From a bacterium (GTDB taxonomy: Bacteria; UBA8248), in the NCBI GenBank assembly GCA_965213685.1, contig CBDBZY010000014.1:1-64000 (forward strand): a DNA stretch of 64,000 nucleotides. The letters run 5' to 3'. This document shows positions 50,125-60,027 of the stretch, piece by piece. The translations under genes and the position numbers were made by a program. The notes below the pieces were generated by a model that saw nothing but the letters and a program-made list of their open reading frames with translations, was not told where the DNA came from and searched no databases. Position 1 is the first letter of the stretch. Each line of letters opens with the position of its first letter.

Positions 50125-50289
50125 GCAACCAGGCCCTCGCGTTCGGCAAAGCGGGACGGCAGGCACCCGGGGGGGCAAGCCGTCAGCCAGGAGATTCCCG
50201 CTATCCCGGAATGCCGCTCCTCCGGAAGTCTGGGCAACGCCGACGCCGCCCCCCCACAAAGAAAATTTCACATGTTCCGCATTTCCGTA

Positions 50290-51342
50290 TTATGAAGGCA
50301 TCGCCACGTTCAGTTCGTCCGCAATTTCCGCCACCTGTGCCCACACGCCATCGCCCACCGGAATGCCCGCCCGCAGTCTCCTCTCCTTCTCCCTGAAGCT
50401 CCGCTCCCCCGGCACCCGAATCTCCTCCACGCCGGGGGCCTTGCGCGCACCCCTGACCTCGGCGAGGTGGGCGTCCACCATCTCCCGGAACGCCGCCGGG
50501 TCCCCGAAGGCGGCGGGGTCGATGGCGATGAACAAATCTCCCTTGTCGTAATGCCCCTCCCGCACCGACCGGGTGAGCGGCTTGCCGACCTTGGCCCCGA
50601 GCAGAGGCCCCGCCAGAAGCCCTATCAACAGGCACAGGCCATACCCCTTGTGGCCGCCGAACGGCGCGACCGCACCGGCGGCGGCCGCTTTCGCGTCCGT
50701 CGTCGGCTCGCCATCCGGCCCCACCGCCACGCCCTCGGGAATCGGCTCTCCCGTCACGCTCGCCCGCAGGATCATCCCGAAAGGAATCGCGCTGGTCGCA
50801 AAATCCAGCAGAACGGGCGCATCTCCGCCCGTGGGAACGGCAATCGAAAAAGGGTTCGTGCCCAGGAGACGCTCCGTACTCCCCAGCGGGTGGACGAGCG
50901 GCTGCGTGACGCCGGCGACGATACCCACGCAGCCGGCCCGCGCGATGCGCTCCGCGTAATAGCCCGTCATGCAGATGTGGTCGCTGTTCACGACGCCCAC
51001 GGCGCACGAACCCGCTTTTTCCGCCTTCCGCGCCGCCAGGATCGCCCCGTACGTCGCGCCCACCGGCCCCAGGGCGCGGTCGCCCTCCACCAGTGCCGCG
51101 CCCTCCCGCTCCTGTGTCACGCGCGGCCTGGCCCGCGCGTTGATCATTCCGCTCTGGATTCTTCGGATCATGTTCGGCAGGCGAATCAAGCCGTGGGTGG
51201 CGTATCCCCTGAGATCGGCCTCCACCAGCACGTCGGCCGTCGTCATCAAATGCTCGTGGGAGCAGCCCGCAGCCGCCAGAACGCGCTCCATCAGGTCGCG
51301 CAGGGCGTCCGCGCTGACGATGCGCTCTCCTCTTTCACTCAT
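50290..51342 (-). CDS. Ldh_2 family oxidoreductase (malate/L-lactate/sulfolactate/ureidoglycolate dehydrogenase-like)
   Basis: ADLRG..THG..R, LGTNPF, LDFATS, GGHKGYGL, FIAIDP, VPGE. Confidence 0.9.
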   Translation of the reverse strand: MSERGERIVSADALRDLMERVLAAAGCSHEHLMTTADVLVEADLRGYATHGLIRLPNMIRRIQSGMINARARPRVTQEREGAALVEGDRALGPVGATYGAILAARKAEKAGSCAVGVVNSDHICMTGYYAERIARAGCVGIVAGVTQPLVHPLGSTERLLGTNPFSIAVPTGGDAPVLLDFATSAIPFGMILRASVTGEPIPEGVAVGPDGEPTTDAKAAAAGAVAPFGGHKGYGLCLLIGLLAGPLLGAKVGKPLTRSVREGHYDKGDLFIAIDPAAFGDPAAFREMVDAHLAEVRGARKAPGVEEIRVPGERSFREKERRLRAGIPVGDGVWAQVAEIADELNVAMPS

Positions 51343-51360
51343 GGCGCGAAAAAACCCTCC

Positions 51361-51870
51361 CTACAGGTCGGGGTTCGGCGCGGAGGCGCTCGGCTTCGTC
51401 ACGCGCATCATCCAGCAATAGATTTCCACCCGGTTTCCGTCCGGGTCCAGAAAGTAAAACGCATGGCTCCCGCTGCCGCCGACGAACCCGTTCTCATCCA
51501 TCCCCTCGTGGGCGTGGACATAGGGGCCGGAGACGAACTCCACTCCGCGGGATCTCACGTGCTCCTGGGCGTTGAGCCAGTCTTCTCGGCTCTCCACCTC
51601 AAAAGCGATGTGGTGCAGGCCCACATCCGTTCGATGCTCCGAATCCGAGGTCGTCAGCCCCGCTTTCACGGCGTCCTCGGGCAGTTCAAAAAACACGAGG
51701 GTGTGGTGCCTCTCTCCGCAGCGCATGAAACAAATGGGGCGAAAAAAATCGGGCGGGCCCCATTTCCCCGTCAACTTCAGGCCCACCACATCCCGGTAAA
51801 AGTGAATGGACCGCTCCACGTCGCTCACGTGGATTCCGACGTGACCGAGCCGCGCGATACGACAACCCAT
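51361..51870 (-). CDS. VOC family protein (extradiol-dioxygenase-like domain)
   Basis: LGHVGI.V.D, HH.L, GLHHIAF, FYFLDPDGNRVEI. Confidence 0.88.
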   Translation of the reverse strand: MGCRIARLGHVGIHVSDVERSIHFYRDVVGLKLTGKWGPPDFFRPICFMRCGERHHTLVFFELPEDAVKAGLTTSDSEHRTDVGLHHIAFEVESREDWLNAQEHVRSRGVEFVSGPYVHAHEGMDENGFVGGSGSHAFYFLDPDGNRVEIYCWMMRVTKPSASAPNPDL

Positions 51871-52023
51871 GCCTTTCCCTCCAAGAGCGAACCCCAACGC
51901 GGAAAAAAATCGCTTGCCTTATGAAATGGCGCATCCTAGCATGTTCGCGCGCGGTTGGCGCGCGCCGACCCGACTCCCCTGGAAGCAACAACGCCGATTG
52001 CCATCTCACGAAAGGCCATTCCC

Positions 52024-52863
52024 ATGTCGAGAAAGACCGCCTCCCCCGTGACGCTGCTCCTGGGTGCCGTCATCGCCGCCGGGGTTTTCCTCCTCCCGTC
52101 CGCCGGCAGCGAAATCGTCTCGCCGAAAAACGAAAGCCGCGCAGCCGCGCACGGCGCCGCAGAATCCGAAACCGACGCATCCACCGCCGCGCGGGTGGCG
52201 CAACGCGCGGACAGGAAGCGAATCGAAAAAATCGTGCGAGAATACCTCATCCGCAACCCGGAAGTGCTCGTGGAAGCCATGCGGGCACTGGAGGCGAAGC
52301 GGAAGACGCGACGCGCGAGAACCGCCCGGTCCATGATGCAGAAGCACAAAAAACAAATCTACGCGGACGCCGAGGCGCCCGTGGGCGGGAACCCCGACGG
52401 CGACGTCACCATCGTGGAGTTTTTCGACTACCGGTGCGGGTTTTGCAAGCGCGCGGCGCGCACGGTGGAGGATGCGCTCGCGAAAGACAAACAGATCCGC
52501 ATCGTCTATAAAGAGTTTCCCATCCTTGGCCCCAACTCCCTCCTGGCGGCGCGGGCGGCGCTCGCCTCGCGCGCGCAGGGCAAATACCTGGCGTTCCACA
52601 AGGCGCTCATGGAGGCCAAAATCTCCTATGACGAGCGAAGCGTCATGCAAATCGCCGCCTCGGTGGGCATCGACACGGCGCGCCTGAAAAAAGACATGCG
52701 GGCACCCCGGATTCAGGAGCACATCGACAGGAACCGCGCCCTGGCGCGCGCGTTGCACATACGCGGCACTCCCGCTTTTATCGTTGGCGAACAACTCTTC
52801 CCCGGCGCGCCCACGCAGCAGCAGCTCGCCCGCATGATTCAAAACGCGAGACGACGCCCCTGA
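52024..52863 (+). CDS. DsbA family (Com1-like) thiol-disulfide oxidoreductase
   Basis: N-terminal TM/signal segment; REYL..NPE, VEFFDYRCGFCK, KEFPILG, GTP. Confidence 0.92.
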   Translation: MSRKTASPVTLLLGAVIAAGVFLLPSAGSEIVSPKNESRAAAHGAAESETDASTAARVAQRADRKRIEKIVREYLIRNPEVLVEAMRALEAKRKTRRARTARSMMQKHKKQIYADAEAPVGGNPDGDVTIVEFFDYRCGFCKRAARTVEDALAKDKQIRIVYKEFPILGPNSLLAARAALASRAQGKYLAFHKALMEAKISYDERSVMQIAASVGIDTARLKKDMRAPRIQEHIDRNRALARALHIRGTPAFIVGEQLFPGAPTQQQLARMIQNARRRP

Positions 52864-52895
52864 GAAGCCGCGTCCCATTCAGGCCACCCGGTCGC

Positions 52896-52932
52896 AAAAA
52901 TCCCCGGGGAGAGGCTCTCTCCGGGGACTTTT
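52896..52932. terminator. Bidirectional intrinsic terminator between convergent genes
   Basis: AAAAA-TCCCCGGGGAGA-ggc-TCTCTCCGGGGA-CTTTT. Confidence 0.7.
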
Positions 52933-52972
52933 CATCGCAGCGGGAATTGCGGGGTGGGGATGAATTCAGAGT

Positions 52973-53425
52973 TCAGCCGACCTTCACCGAACCCATCAAC
53001 TTTCTGCGGTAATCCCACCATTTCCACTTCTTGGGCACCATCGTGACCCGCACGCGCATTTTCTGGGCGATGGGCGTATTCACGTAATTCGCCCACATGT
53101 CCGGCCCGAAGAAATGATCCACCACGCTTTTCAGCCCCTCATGGTCCGTTCCCATCACTTCGGAGATCTGCGCCTCCCCCTCCACGATGACGGAGCGGAA
53201 GGGGGCTTCCGCGTCATCGATGCAGATGGAAAACGCCGGATTTCGCCTCAGATTCCGCACCGATACGGAATCATCCCCCGTGCTGATGAAAAAACGCGCG
53301 TCCTCGGGATGGAACAGGTATAAAAGCGGCACGACGTGCGGCGATCCGTCCGCGTTCGTGGTGGCGATTCTCGCCATGCGCGGCTCGAGCAAAAATTCAT
53401 CCATCTCCGTTGGGCGTTCAGCCAT
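52973..53425 (-). CDS. Pyridoxamine 5'-phosphate oxidase-like split-barrel (FMN/F420-binding) protein
   Basis: ARIAT.NADGSPHVVP, NLRRNP..S.CID, V.VEG.A. Confidence 0.85.
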   Translation of the reverse strand: MAERPTEMDEFLLEPRMARIATTNADGSPHVVPLLYLFHPEDARFFISTGDDSVSVRNLRRNPAFSICIDDAEAPFRSVIVEGEAQISEVMGTDHEGLKSVVDHFFGPDMWANYVNTPIAQKMRVRVTMVPKKWKWWDYRRKLMGSVKVG

Positions 53426-53608
53426 TTTCCATCCCCCCTCTCCTGGTAATCATTATTCCCCGAAACCATCGCACGCCACTCGCGCACCGCCGCGCGGATT
53501 CGCTCCCTCCCCTCCTCCCCCCGGCCCCGGCCATTCCCCCAGGACGCACGGAGGGCGGGCGGCGACATGCCCCATGCCCCTCCCTCACACGAGCGGGGCC
53601 GGAACAAT

Positions 53609-56224
53609 CTACCCTTTCACAATGATGTTGACCAGACGGCCCGGCACGACGATGTGCCTCACAATCTCCTTGCCGTCTATGTAGGCCGACGTGACCGCCT
53701 CCGCCTTCTCTCGCAGCTCCTCCTCGGGCGCATCCGGGAGCGCCAGGAACGTGCGCCTCGTCTTTCCGTTCACCTGGACGGCGAACTCTTTCTCCTCGGC
53801 GGCGATGGCCGCCTCATCCAGCAGGGGCCACGACTCCCGGAAGAGGCTCGCCTCCCCCCTCCCCGCCGCGCCCAGGGCCGCCCAGAGCTCCTCCGCCACG
53901 TGCGGGGCCATCGGCGCCATGCAGCAGAGCAGAATCCCGGCCGCCTCGCGCTGCACCGCATTCTCCGCCGCAGCCTCCGCGCGCAGCGACGTGGCCAACT
54001 CCATGACGCGGGCCACCGCCGTGTTAAAGGAAAACGTCTTTTCATACACTTCCGTCACCGCCTTCAAGGTGGCGTGCGCGTCGCGCCTGAGCTTCCTGCC
54101 GGCGGCAGACAGCCCGCTCCCGTCCCCGGCGTAGGGCTCCGACCCCCGCCAATCCTCGAGTCGCTCCGAAAACGTGCTCCAGAGTCTCTGCAAAAACCGG
54201 TGCACGCCGATGAGCCCGTCATCGCGCCACTCCTTCGAGCGCTCGGGGGGACCGATGAACAGCGTATACAGCCGGCCCGCATCCGCCCCGTATTTCCCGG
54301 TGCACTCCTCGATCGAGACCCCGTTCATCTTCGACTTGCTCATCGAGGCCATCTCGGCGACCACCCTTTGGCCCGCCCGATAGCCGCTGCCGCTGGGGCC
54401 GTCCCGCGCGACCACCAGGGACGCCTCGTCCACGTCGTGATAGGGCACCCAGGAGCGGCCGCGCGCCCCGGCCACGTGATACGCCGTGCGGCACACCATG
54501 CCCTGTGTAAAGAGGTTCTCGAACGGCTCCTCAAAACGGACGAGCCCGAGATCGTACAGCACCTTGGTGAAAAAGCGGGAGTACAGCAGGTGCATGACCG
54601 CATGCTCCGCCCCTCCGATGTACTGCGTCACCGGCAGCCAGCGGTTCACGTTCGCGGATTGAAACGCGGCGCTCTCATCGCGAGGGCTCACATACCGCAA
54701 ATAATACCAGGACGAATCGACAAAAGTGTCCATCGTGTCCGTCTCGCGGCGGGCGGGCCTCCCCGTCCTGGGGCTGATGACGCTCACGAAATCCGCACTC
54801 TGGGCCAAGGGGTTCCCCCCCCGGCCCGTGAACTCGACGTCGCGCGGGTGGACGACGGGCAGGCGCGCCTCGGGCACCGGGGTCACGCTCCCGTCTTCTT
54901 CGTAGATGACCGGGATGGGCACCCCCCAATACCGCTGGCGCGAGATGAGCCAATCCCGCAGACGCCAGTTGATCGTCTTGTCGCCAAAACCCTTCTCCGC
55001 GAAATAATCGATCATCGCGGGATACGCTTCGCGGTTCGGCTGCCCGTCGAAGGGACCGGAGCTCTCCATCACGCCGTCTTCCACATACGCCTCGCGCATC
55101 GTGGCGCCATCCAGGCCGCCCTCCGGATGCTGAATCACGACCTTGACGGGGATGCCGTATTTTCTCGCAAAAAGAAAATCGCGCTGATCGTGCGCGGGCA
55201 CGCCCATGACAACCCCCGTGCCATATTCCATCAGGGCGTAATCGGCCACGAGCAGGGGCACCCGATCCCCGTTGACTGGGTTGACGACAAAACGCCCCGT
55301 GTGAACGCCCGTCTTCTCCCTCTCCTCGCTCATCCGCTCGGCGGCGCTCCGGGACCGCATCTCGTCCACGGCCGCCCGGATGGAGTCCGCGCGGGCGTTC
55401 CCCTCCAGCAACCGATCGATCATCGGGTGCTCGGGCGCGCAAACCATGAAGGTGACGCCATAGACCGTATCCGGCCGGGTGGTGAAGACCGAGATCGTCT
55501 CGCCGGTCATCTCGAGCGTGAAGTCGATTCGCGCGCCCTCGCTGCGCCCCAGCCAGTTTCTTTGCTGCTGCTTGACATGCTCGGGCCAGCCAACCAGTCC
55601 GTCGAGGTCGTCGAGCAGGCGCTGCGCGTAGTCGGTAATCTTCAGGAACCATTGGCTGAGCCAGCGCTTTTCCACCCGGGCGCCGCTGCGCCAGGCGATG
55701 CCGTCGTGAATCTGCTCATTCGCGAGAACCGTGCTGTCCACCGGATCCCAGTTGACGAGGGCTTCCCGCTTGTACGCCAGGCCACGCTCGAGCATCTTGA
55801 GGAAAATCCATTGCGTCCATCTGTAATAGCCCGGATGCGCGGTGGAAATCTCGCGCGGCCAGTCATAGGCCAGGCCCGCCATGCGGAGCTGCCGCCTCAT
55901 GTTGTCGATATTTCTCTTTGTCCAGCCGGCCGGATGCGCACCGGCGTGGATGGCGGCGTTCTCCGCGGGCAATCCCAGGGCGTCCCAGCCCATCGGGTGC
56001 AGCACCTCGAAGCCGCGCATCTTCCGGTAGCGGCTGATGGCGTCGCCCATCGTGTAGTTGCAGGCATGGCCCATGTGGAGGTCTCCCGACGGATAGGGAA
56101 ACATCATCAGGGCATAGTAGGTGGGCTTGTCGCCGGGGTGATCCGGGGCTTCGAATATCTTCTCCTCCGCCCAGAGGTTCTGCCACTTCTGCTCATAATT
56201 GGATGGATCATATTTGCCAAGCAT
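53609..56224 (-). CDS. leuS: Leucine--tRNA ligase
   Basis: MFPYPSG.LHMGH, RLRDWLISRQRYWG.PIP, DTMDTFVDSSWY, SMSKSK, VQVNGK. Confidence 0.97.
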   Translation of the reverse strand: MLGKYDPSNYEQKWQNLWAEEKIFEAPDHPGDKPTYYALMMFPYPSGDLHMGHACNYTMGDAISRYRKMRGFEVLHPMGWDALGLPAENAAIHAGAHPAGWTKRNIDNMRRQLRMAGLAYDWPREISTAHPGYYRWTQWIFLKMLERGLAYKREALVNWDPVDSTVLANEQIHDGIAWRSGARVEKRWLSQWFLKITDYAQRLLDDLDGLVGWPEHVKQQQRNWLGRSEGARIDFTLEMTGETISVFTTRPDTVYGVTFMVCAPEHPMIDRLLEGNARADSIRAAVDEMRSRSAAERMSEEREKTGVHTGRFVVNPVNGDRVPLLVADYALMEYGTGVVMGVPAHDQRDFLFARKYGIPVKVVIQHPEGGLDGATMREAYVEDGVMESSGPFDGQPNREAYPAMIDYFAEKGFGDKTINWRLRDWLISRQRYWGVPIPVIYEEDGSVTPVPEARLPVVHPRDVEFTGRGGNPLAQSADFVSVISPRTGRPARRETDTMDTFVDSSWYYLRYVSPRDESAAFQSANVNRWLPVTQYIGGAEHAVMHLLYSRFFTKVLYDLGLVRFEEPFENLFTQGMVCRTAYHVAGARGRSWVPYHDVDEASLVVARDGPSGSGYRAGQRVVAEMASMSKSKMNGVSIEECTGKYGADAGRLYTLFIGPPERSKEWRDDGLIGVHRFLQRLWSTFSERLEDWRGSEPYAGDGSGLSAAGRKLRRDAHATLKAVTEVYEKTFSFNTAVARVMELATSLRAEAAAENAVQREAAGILLCCMAPMAPHVAEELWAALGAAGRGEASLFRESWPLLDEAAIAAEEKEFAVQVNGKTRRTFLALPDAPEEELREKAEAVTSAYIDGKEIVRHIVVPGRLVNIIVKG

Positions 56225-56304
56225 GAATTCCCCCGATTTTTTGATCGCGCATCCCTGTCGCCTCGCCGGGCAAACAACATTCCCCCGCCTCCGGAGACCC
56301 GCCG

Positions 56305-56727
56305 CTAGAGATGCGCCCCCTCCGTGAGGGGCGCGGCCTCCTCCCGCATCCTCTCGAGAATTTCCGGCGGAATGCGCCCCGGGCGCCCCCGCGCGTCGGT
56401 TCTCGCGTGAAGCGTGTACCCCTCCGCCAGGGTGCGCTCCTCCTGCGTCACCCGATAGTCGATCCGCACGCGGACGCCCTCGGGCACCCGTAGCCAGCCG
56501 ACGACCCTCACCAGGCCGTCATACCGCGCGCCTTCCTTGTGGCGGCAGCGGCTCTCCACCACGGGAAAGAAAACATCCCTCTCCTCCAGTTGCCCGTAGG
56601 GAAAGCCGATCGCACGAAAATACTCCGTTCTCCACTGCTCGAACCATACATAATAGACCGAATGGTGCACCACTCCCATCTGGTCCGTCTCGGCATACCT
56701 TACGCGGAAGTCAACCGAAAGAGACAA
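56305..56727 (-). CDS. YbgC/FadM family acyl-CoA thioesterase
   Basis: RVRYAETDQMGVVHH..Y..WFE..R. Confidence 0.9.
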   Translation of the reverse strand: MSLSVDFRVRYAETDQMGVVHHSVYYVWFEQWRTEYFRAIGFPYGQLEERDVFFPVVESRCRHKEGARYDGLVRVVGWLRVPEGVRVRIDYRVTQEERTLAEGYTLHARTDARGRPGRIPPEILERMREEAAPLTEGAHL

Positions 56728-56748
56728 GCGGGAGGAACCTGTGATCGC

Positions 56749-58116
56749 TCATGAGAAGAGAAAAAACCGGGCGATGTTCAGGTAGATCAAAAGTCCCAGC
56801 ACGTCGACGCCGGTCGTGACAAAGGGCCCTGTCGCCACGGCGGGGTCCACCCGGAAGCGGTGGAGCACGAGCGGCAGAAACGACGCGAGGAGGGCGGAAA
56901 ACATCATGCCCACGCAAATCGCGAGGCCGACGACGACCCCCAGCCAGGCGACGGAAGCGAACTGGTAGGTCGCCAGCAAGCCCAGCAGGACGCCATAGCA
57001 AACGCCCAGAAGCATTCCGACGGCCACCTCTTTCGAGATGACGCGAATCCATGATTTGGGGTCGATGCGTCCGGTCGCCAGACCGCGGACGACGATGGTG
57101 GCACTCTGGGTGCCCACGTTGCCCGCCATGCCGATGATGACCGGCATGAACGCGGCGAGGGCCACCACCCTGCTCAATTCCTCTGCATACTGATGGATCA
57201 GCTGGGCGGCGAGGATGCCCCCCAACCAGCTGAAGAACAGCCAGGGCAGGCGCACCCAGGCGAGACGCCGGGCGGAGAGTGCGGTCACCTCGTCCTGATA
57301 GGAGTGCGTTCCCGCCATTTTCAGGATGTCCTCGGTCGCCTCCTCCCTCAGAACGTCGAGCACGTCGTCCACCGTGACGATTCCGACCAGAACGTTGTCG
57401 TCGTCCACGATGGGGATGGCCAGAATGTTATAGCGCGAGACGACCCGCGCCACATGCTCCTGGTCGGCATGTACGTTTTCGCTCCATACGTTGGTGCTCA
57501 TGACTTCGGACAAGACCCTGGAGGGGTCCGCCAGCAGCAACTGTCGCAGGGTGACCACGCCCCGAAGGCAACCGTTCGAATCGACGACATAGACATAGAA
57601 GATGTAGTCCACCTCGCTGGCCTTCCGCACCCGGGAGATGGCCTCGTCCACCGTGATCTCCTCGGGGAGAGCCACATAGGAATCCGTCATGATGGCGCCC
57701 GCGGTTTCCGGCAGATACGCCATCACGTCCTGTATCGCCTCTGTCTCCGGCGCATCTAGGAGCGCGACGATCTCCCGGGAGCGCTCCTCGGGCAGCGCCT
57801 CCAGAATATACCTCGCGTCGTCGCTGTCGAGTTCCTGGAGCAGGGGGAACACTCCCTCGTTCGGCACCGGCTCCAGGAGCTCCCGAACAATATGCGCGTC
57901 TGATTCCGTCAGGATGGCGGCGCGGTGCTCCTGGCTTCGCACCAGAGAGAACGCCTCCTGTCGCTCCTCGGGCAGGAAATGCTGAAAAATCTGCGCCACC
58001 TCGGCGGCGTGCATTTTTCCCAGCGCGTTGGCGAGATTGGCGTCCGCCTTGTGCCGCAAAAGCCTGCGCACCATGTCCTCCACGCGGAGAAGCCTCGGAT
58101 CGCGCTCGTTGACCAC
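56749..58116 (-). CDS. mgtE: Magnesium transporter MgtE
   Basis: N-domain, CBS pair, RLPWL, GMAGNVGTQS, DPAVATGPFVTT..D. Confidence 0.95.
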   Translation of the reverse strand: MVNERDPRLLRVEDMVRRLLRHKADANLANALGKMHAAEVAQIFQHFLPEERQEAFSLVRSQEHRAAILTESDAHIVRELLEPVPNEGVFPLLQELDSDDARYILEALPEERSREIVALLDAPETEAIQDVMAYLPETAGAIMTDSYVALPEEITVDEAISRVRKASEVDYIFYVYVVDSNGCLRGVVTLRQLLLADPSRVLSEVMSTNVWSENVHADQEHVARVVSRYNILAIPIVDDDNVLVGIVTVDDVLDVLREEATEDILKMAGTHSYQDEVTALSARRLAWVRLPWLFFSWLGGILAAQLIHQYAEELSRVVALAAFMPVIIGMAGNVGTQSATIVVRGLATGRIDPKSWIRVISKEVAVGMLLGVCYGVLLGLLATYQFASVAWLGVVVGLAICVGMMFSALLASFLPLVLHRFRVDPAVATGPFVTTGVDVLGLLIYLNIARFFLFS

Positions 58117-58163
58117 GGTTCATGCCTCGAGAACAGAGAAAACGGGGCGTTCAAAGGGCGTAG

Positions 58164-58192
58164 AGTCTATGGAACGCTTCGGGGGGTGTCAA
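58164..58192 (-). promoter_or_regulatory. Putative sigma70 promoter of mgtE
   Basis: TTGACA-17 bp-TAGACT. Confidence 0.6.
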
Positions 58193-58228
58193 TCATTTGG
58201 CCTCGGCACGGCACCTCGTTTATCCTGG

Positions 58229-58257
58229 TTGCGGGCGGCGTATGGCACAAGTAAGAT
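58229..58257 (+). promoter_or_regulatory. Putative sigma70 promoter of hflX
   Basis: TTGCGG-17 bp-TAAGAT. Confidence 0.45.
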
Positions 58258-58311
58258 GTGGACCCGCCAGACTGCCGCGCATCGACCCTTTGCGCTCGGG
58301 AGCGTCTCGCC

Positions 58312-60027
58312 ATCGCCAGACTGCACGGCCGGCTCACCGGCCTGAAGCCGAAGCAGACGAAGGCACTGGAGAGGCTGTATCGCCGGAAAATACCGCCCGG
58401 CCAATGCCTGCACATGGAACTCGGGCGGGAGCTCGCGCTCCTCTCCCATGAAATCTCGCGCCAGATCGGGCTGCTCGTCGACCGGCCCGGCGCGGTGCGC
58501 TACGTCATCATCGGCGACGCGCGGCGCATCGAGATACCGGACCTCGGCCGCGCGCGCGCCGGAATGGCGCGGCTCAGGGGGTTGCGGTGCGTTCACACGC
58601 ACCTGGGACCCTCCCCGTTGTCCCAGGAAGACTTGACGGACATGGCGCTCCTGCGCCTGGACGCCATGGGCGTCATCGAGGTGCTCGAAGGCGGGGAGGC
58701 GGGCCGCTTCCACCTGGCCCACATCACCCCCCGGCCTCCGGAGGAGACCGGGCTGGACGACGGCGCCGCCGCATGGGGGGGCAACCGCCCTCCCTGGGAG
58801 ATGCGATCATTCCCGAACCTGGAGTCGAGCCGGGTCAACATCGAGTCCCTCGTCAATTCCCTGGAGGACGAATTCGCCCGCCTCCAGAAATCGTCGATTC
58901 AGCTGGAGGAGGGGGAACGCGCCCTCCTCGTTCACCTGGACACCGGGCAGAACGCGAACCGCTCCGCCGAAATCGAGTTGGAGGAGTTGTCCCTCCTCAC
59001 GCGCGAGGCGGGTTTCATCCCTTGCGGAAAAATCCTGCAGCGCCGCAAAAAGCCGGACCCGCGCTTCGTCATCGGAAAGGGGCGGATGGCGGATGTCCTG
59101 ATGAACTCCATGCAGGTGGGCGCCGAGGCGCTGTTCTTCTCCAACGAACTGACGCCCTCGCAAATCAAGAGCCTGTCGGAATTCACCGACCTGAAGATTC
59201 TCGACAGAACCCAGATCATCCTCGACATATTCGCCCAGAGAGCCAAAAGCCGCGTGGGGAAACTCCAGGTGGAACTCGCCTTGCTACGATATACGCTGCC
59301 CCGCATATCCTCCCGGCACTCGGCCCTGAGCAGACTCGCCGGCGGGATAGGCGGCCGGGGACCGGGGGAAACCAAGTTGGAGATTCACCGCCGCCGCGCG
59401 TTCGAGCGCATTCGCAGGGTGGAGAGGGAGCTGGAGAATCTGCAGAGAAAACGCTCCCAGGGCAGGCGCCGCCGCCAGCGGCGCGAGGTGCCGATTCTCT
59501 CCTTGGTGGGCTACACGAACGCGGGGAAATCCACCCTCCTGAACGCCTTGACGAACAGCGAGGTCATGGCGGAGGACCGCCTGTTCGCCACCCTGGACAC
59601 GTCCAGCCGAAGACTCAGGCTCCCGCGCGAGCGGGAGGTCATCATCACGGATACCGTCGGTTTTATTCACGATCTTCCCCGGGCGCTGATCGGGGCGTTT
59701 CGCTCCACGCTGGAGGAGCTGAGCGAGGCGGACCTCCTGATTCACGTGATTGACGCCGCATCGGCCCACTGCGAGGAGAACCTCTTTTCCGTAGAGAAAA
59801 TCCTCGATGAGATTGGGCTGAAAGACACCCCCCTCATCCGCGTCTTCAACAAGATGGACCAGACGGACGACATCCGCCTGGCGAATCTGTGCCGCCGGTT
59901 CCGAGGCATTCCCGTAAACGGCCTGGACCCGGAGAGCCTCCTCCCTCTCGTGGAGGAGGCCGCCTGCCGCCTGTCGGGCATGGGCGAACCAGACGAAAGA
60001 AGGGAACATGAGCGGGCCGCCAACTAA
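58312..60027 (+). CDS. hflX: GTPase HflX, long form with an extra N-terminal domain (probable ATC start; ORF track starts at GTG 58258)
   Basis: LDIFAQRA, KLQVELA.L.Y..PR, GPGETKLE, GYTNAGKST, LFATLD, DTVGF, NKMD. Confidence 0.93.
   Translation: MARLHGRLTGLKPKQTKALERLYRRKIPPGQCLHMELGRELALLSHEISRQIGLLVDRPGAVRYVIIGDARRIEIPDLGRARAGMARLRGLRCVHTHLGPSPLSQEDLTDMALLRLDAMGVIEVLEGGEAGRFHLAHITPRPPEETGLDDGAAAWGGNRPPWEMRSFPNLESSRVNIESLVNSLEDEFARLQKSSIQLEEGERALLVHLDTGQNANRSAEIELEELSLLTREAGFIPCGKILQRRKKPDPRFVIGKGRMADVLMNSMQVGAEALFFSNELTPSQIKSLSEFTDLKILDRTQIILDIFAQRAKSRVGKLQVELALLRYTLPRISSRHSALSRLAGGIGGRGPGETKLEIHRRRAFERIRRVERELENLQRKRSQGRRRRQRREVPILSLVGYTNAGKSTLLNALTNSEVMAEDRLFATLDTSSRRLRLPREREVIITDTVGFIHDLPRALIGAFRSTLEELSEADLLIHVIDAASAHCEENLFSVEKILDEIGLKDTPLIRVFNKMDQTDDIRLANLCRRFRGIPVNGLDPESLLPLVEEAACRLSGMGEPDERREHERAAN

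Noticed and set aside
50125-50289. Possible riboswitch in the GC-rich gap upstream of the MDMPI gene
   Set aside because: No conserved core of any riboswitch class I can recognise
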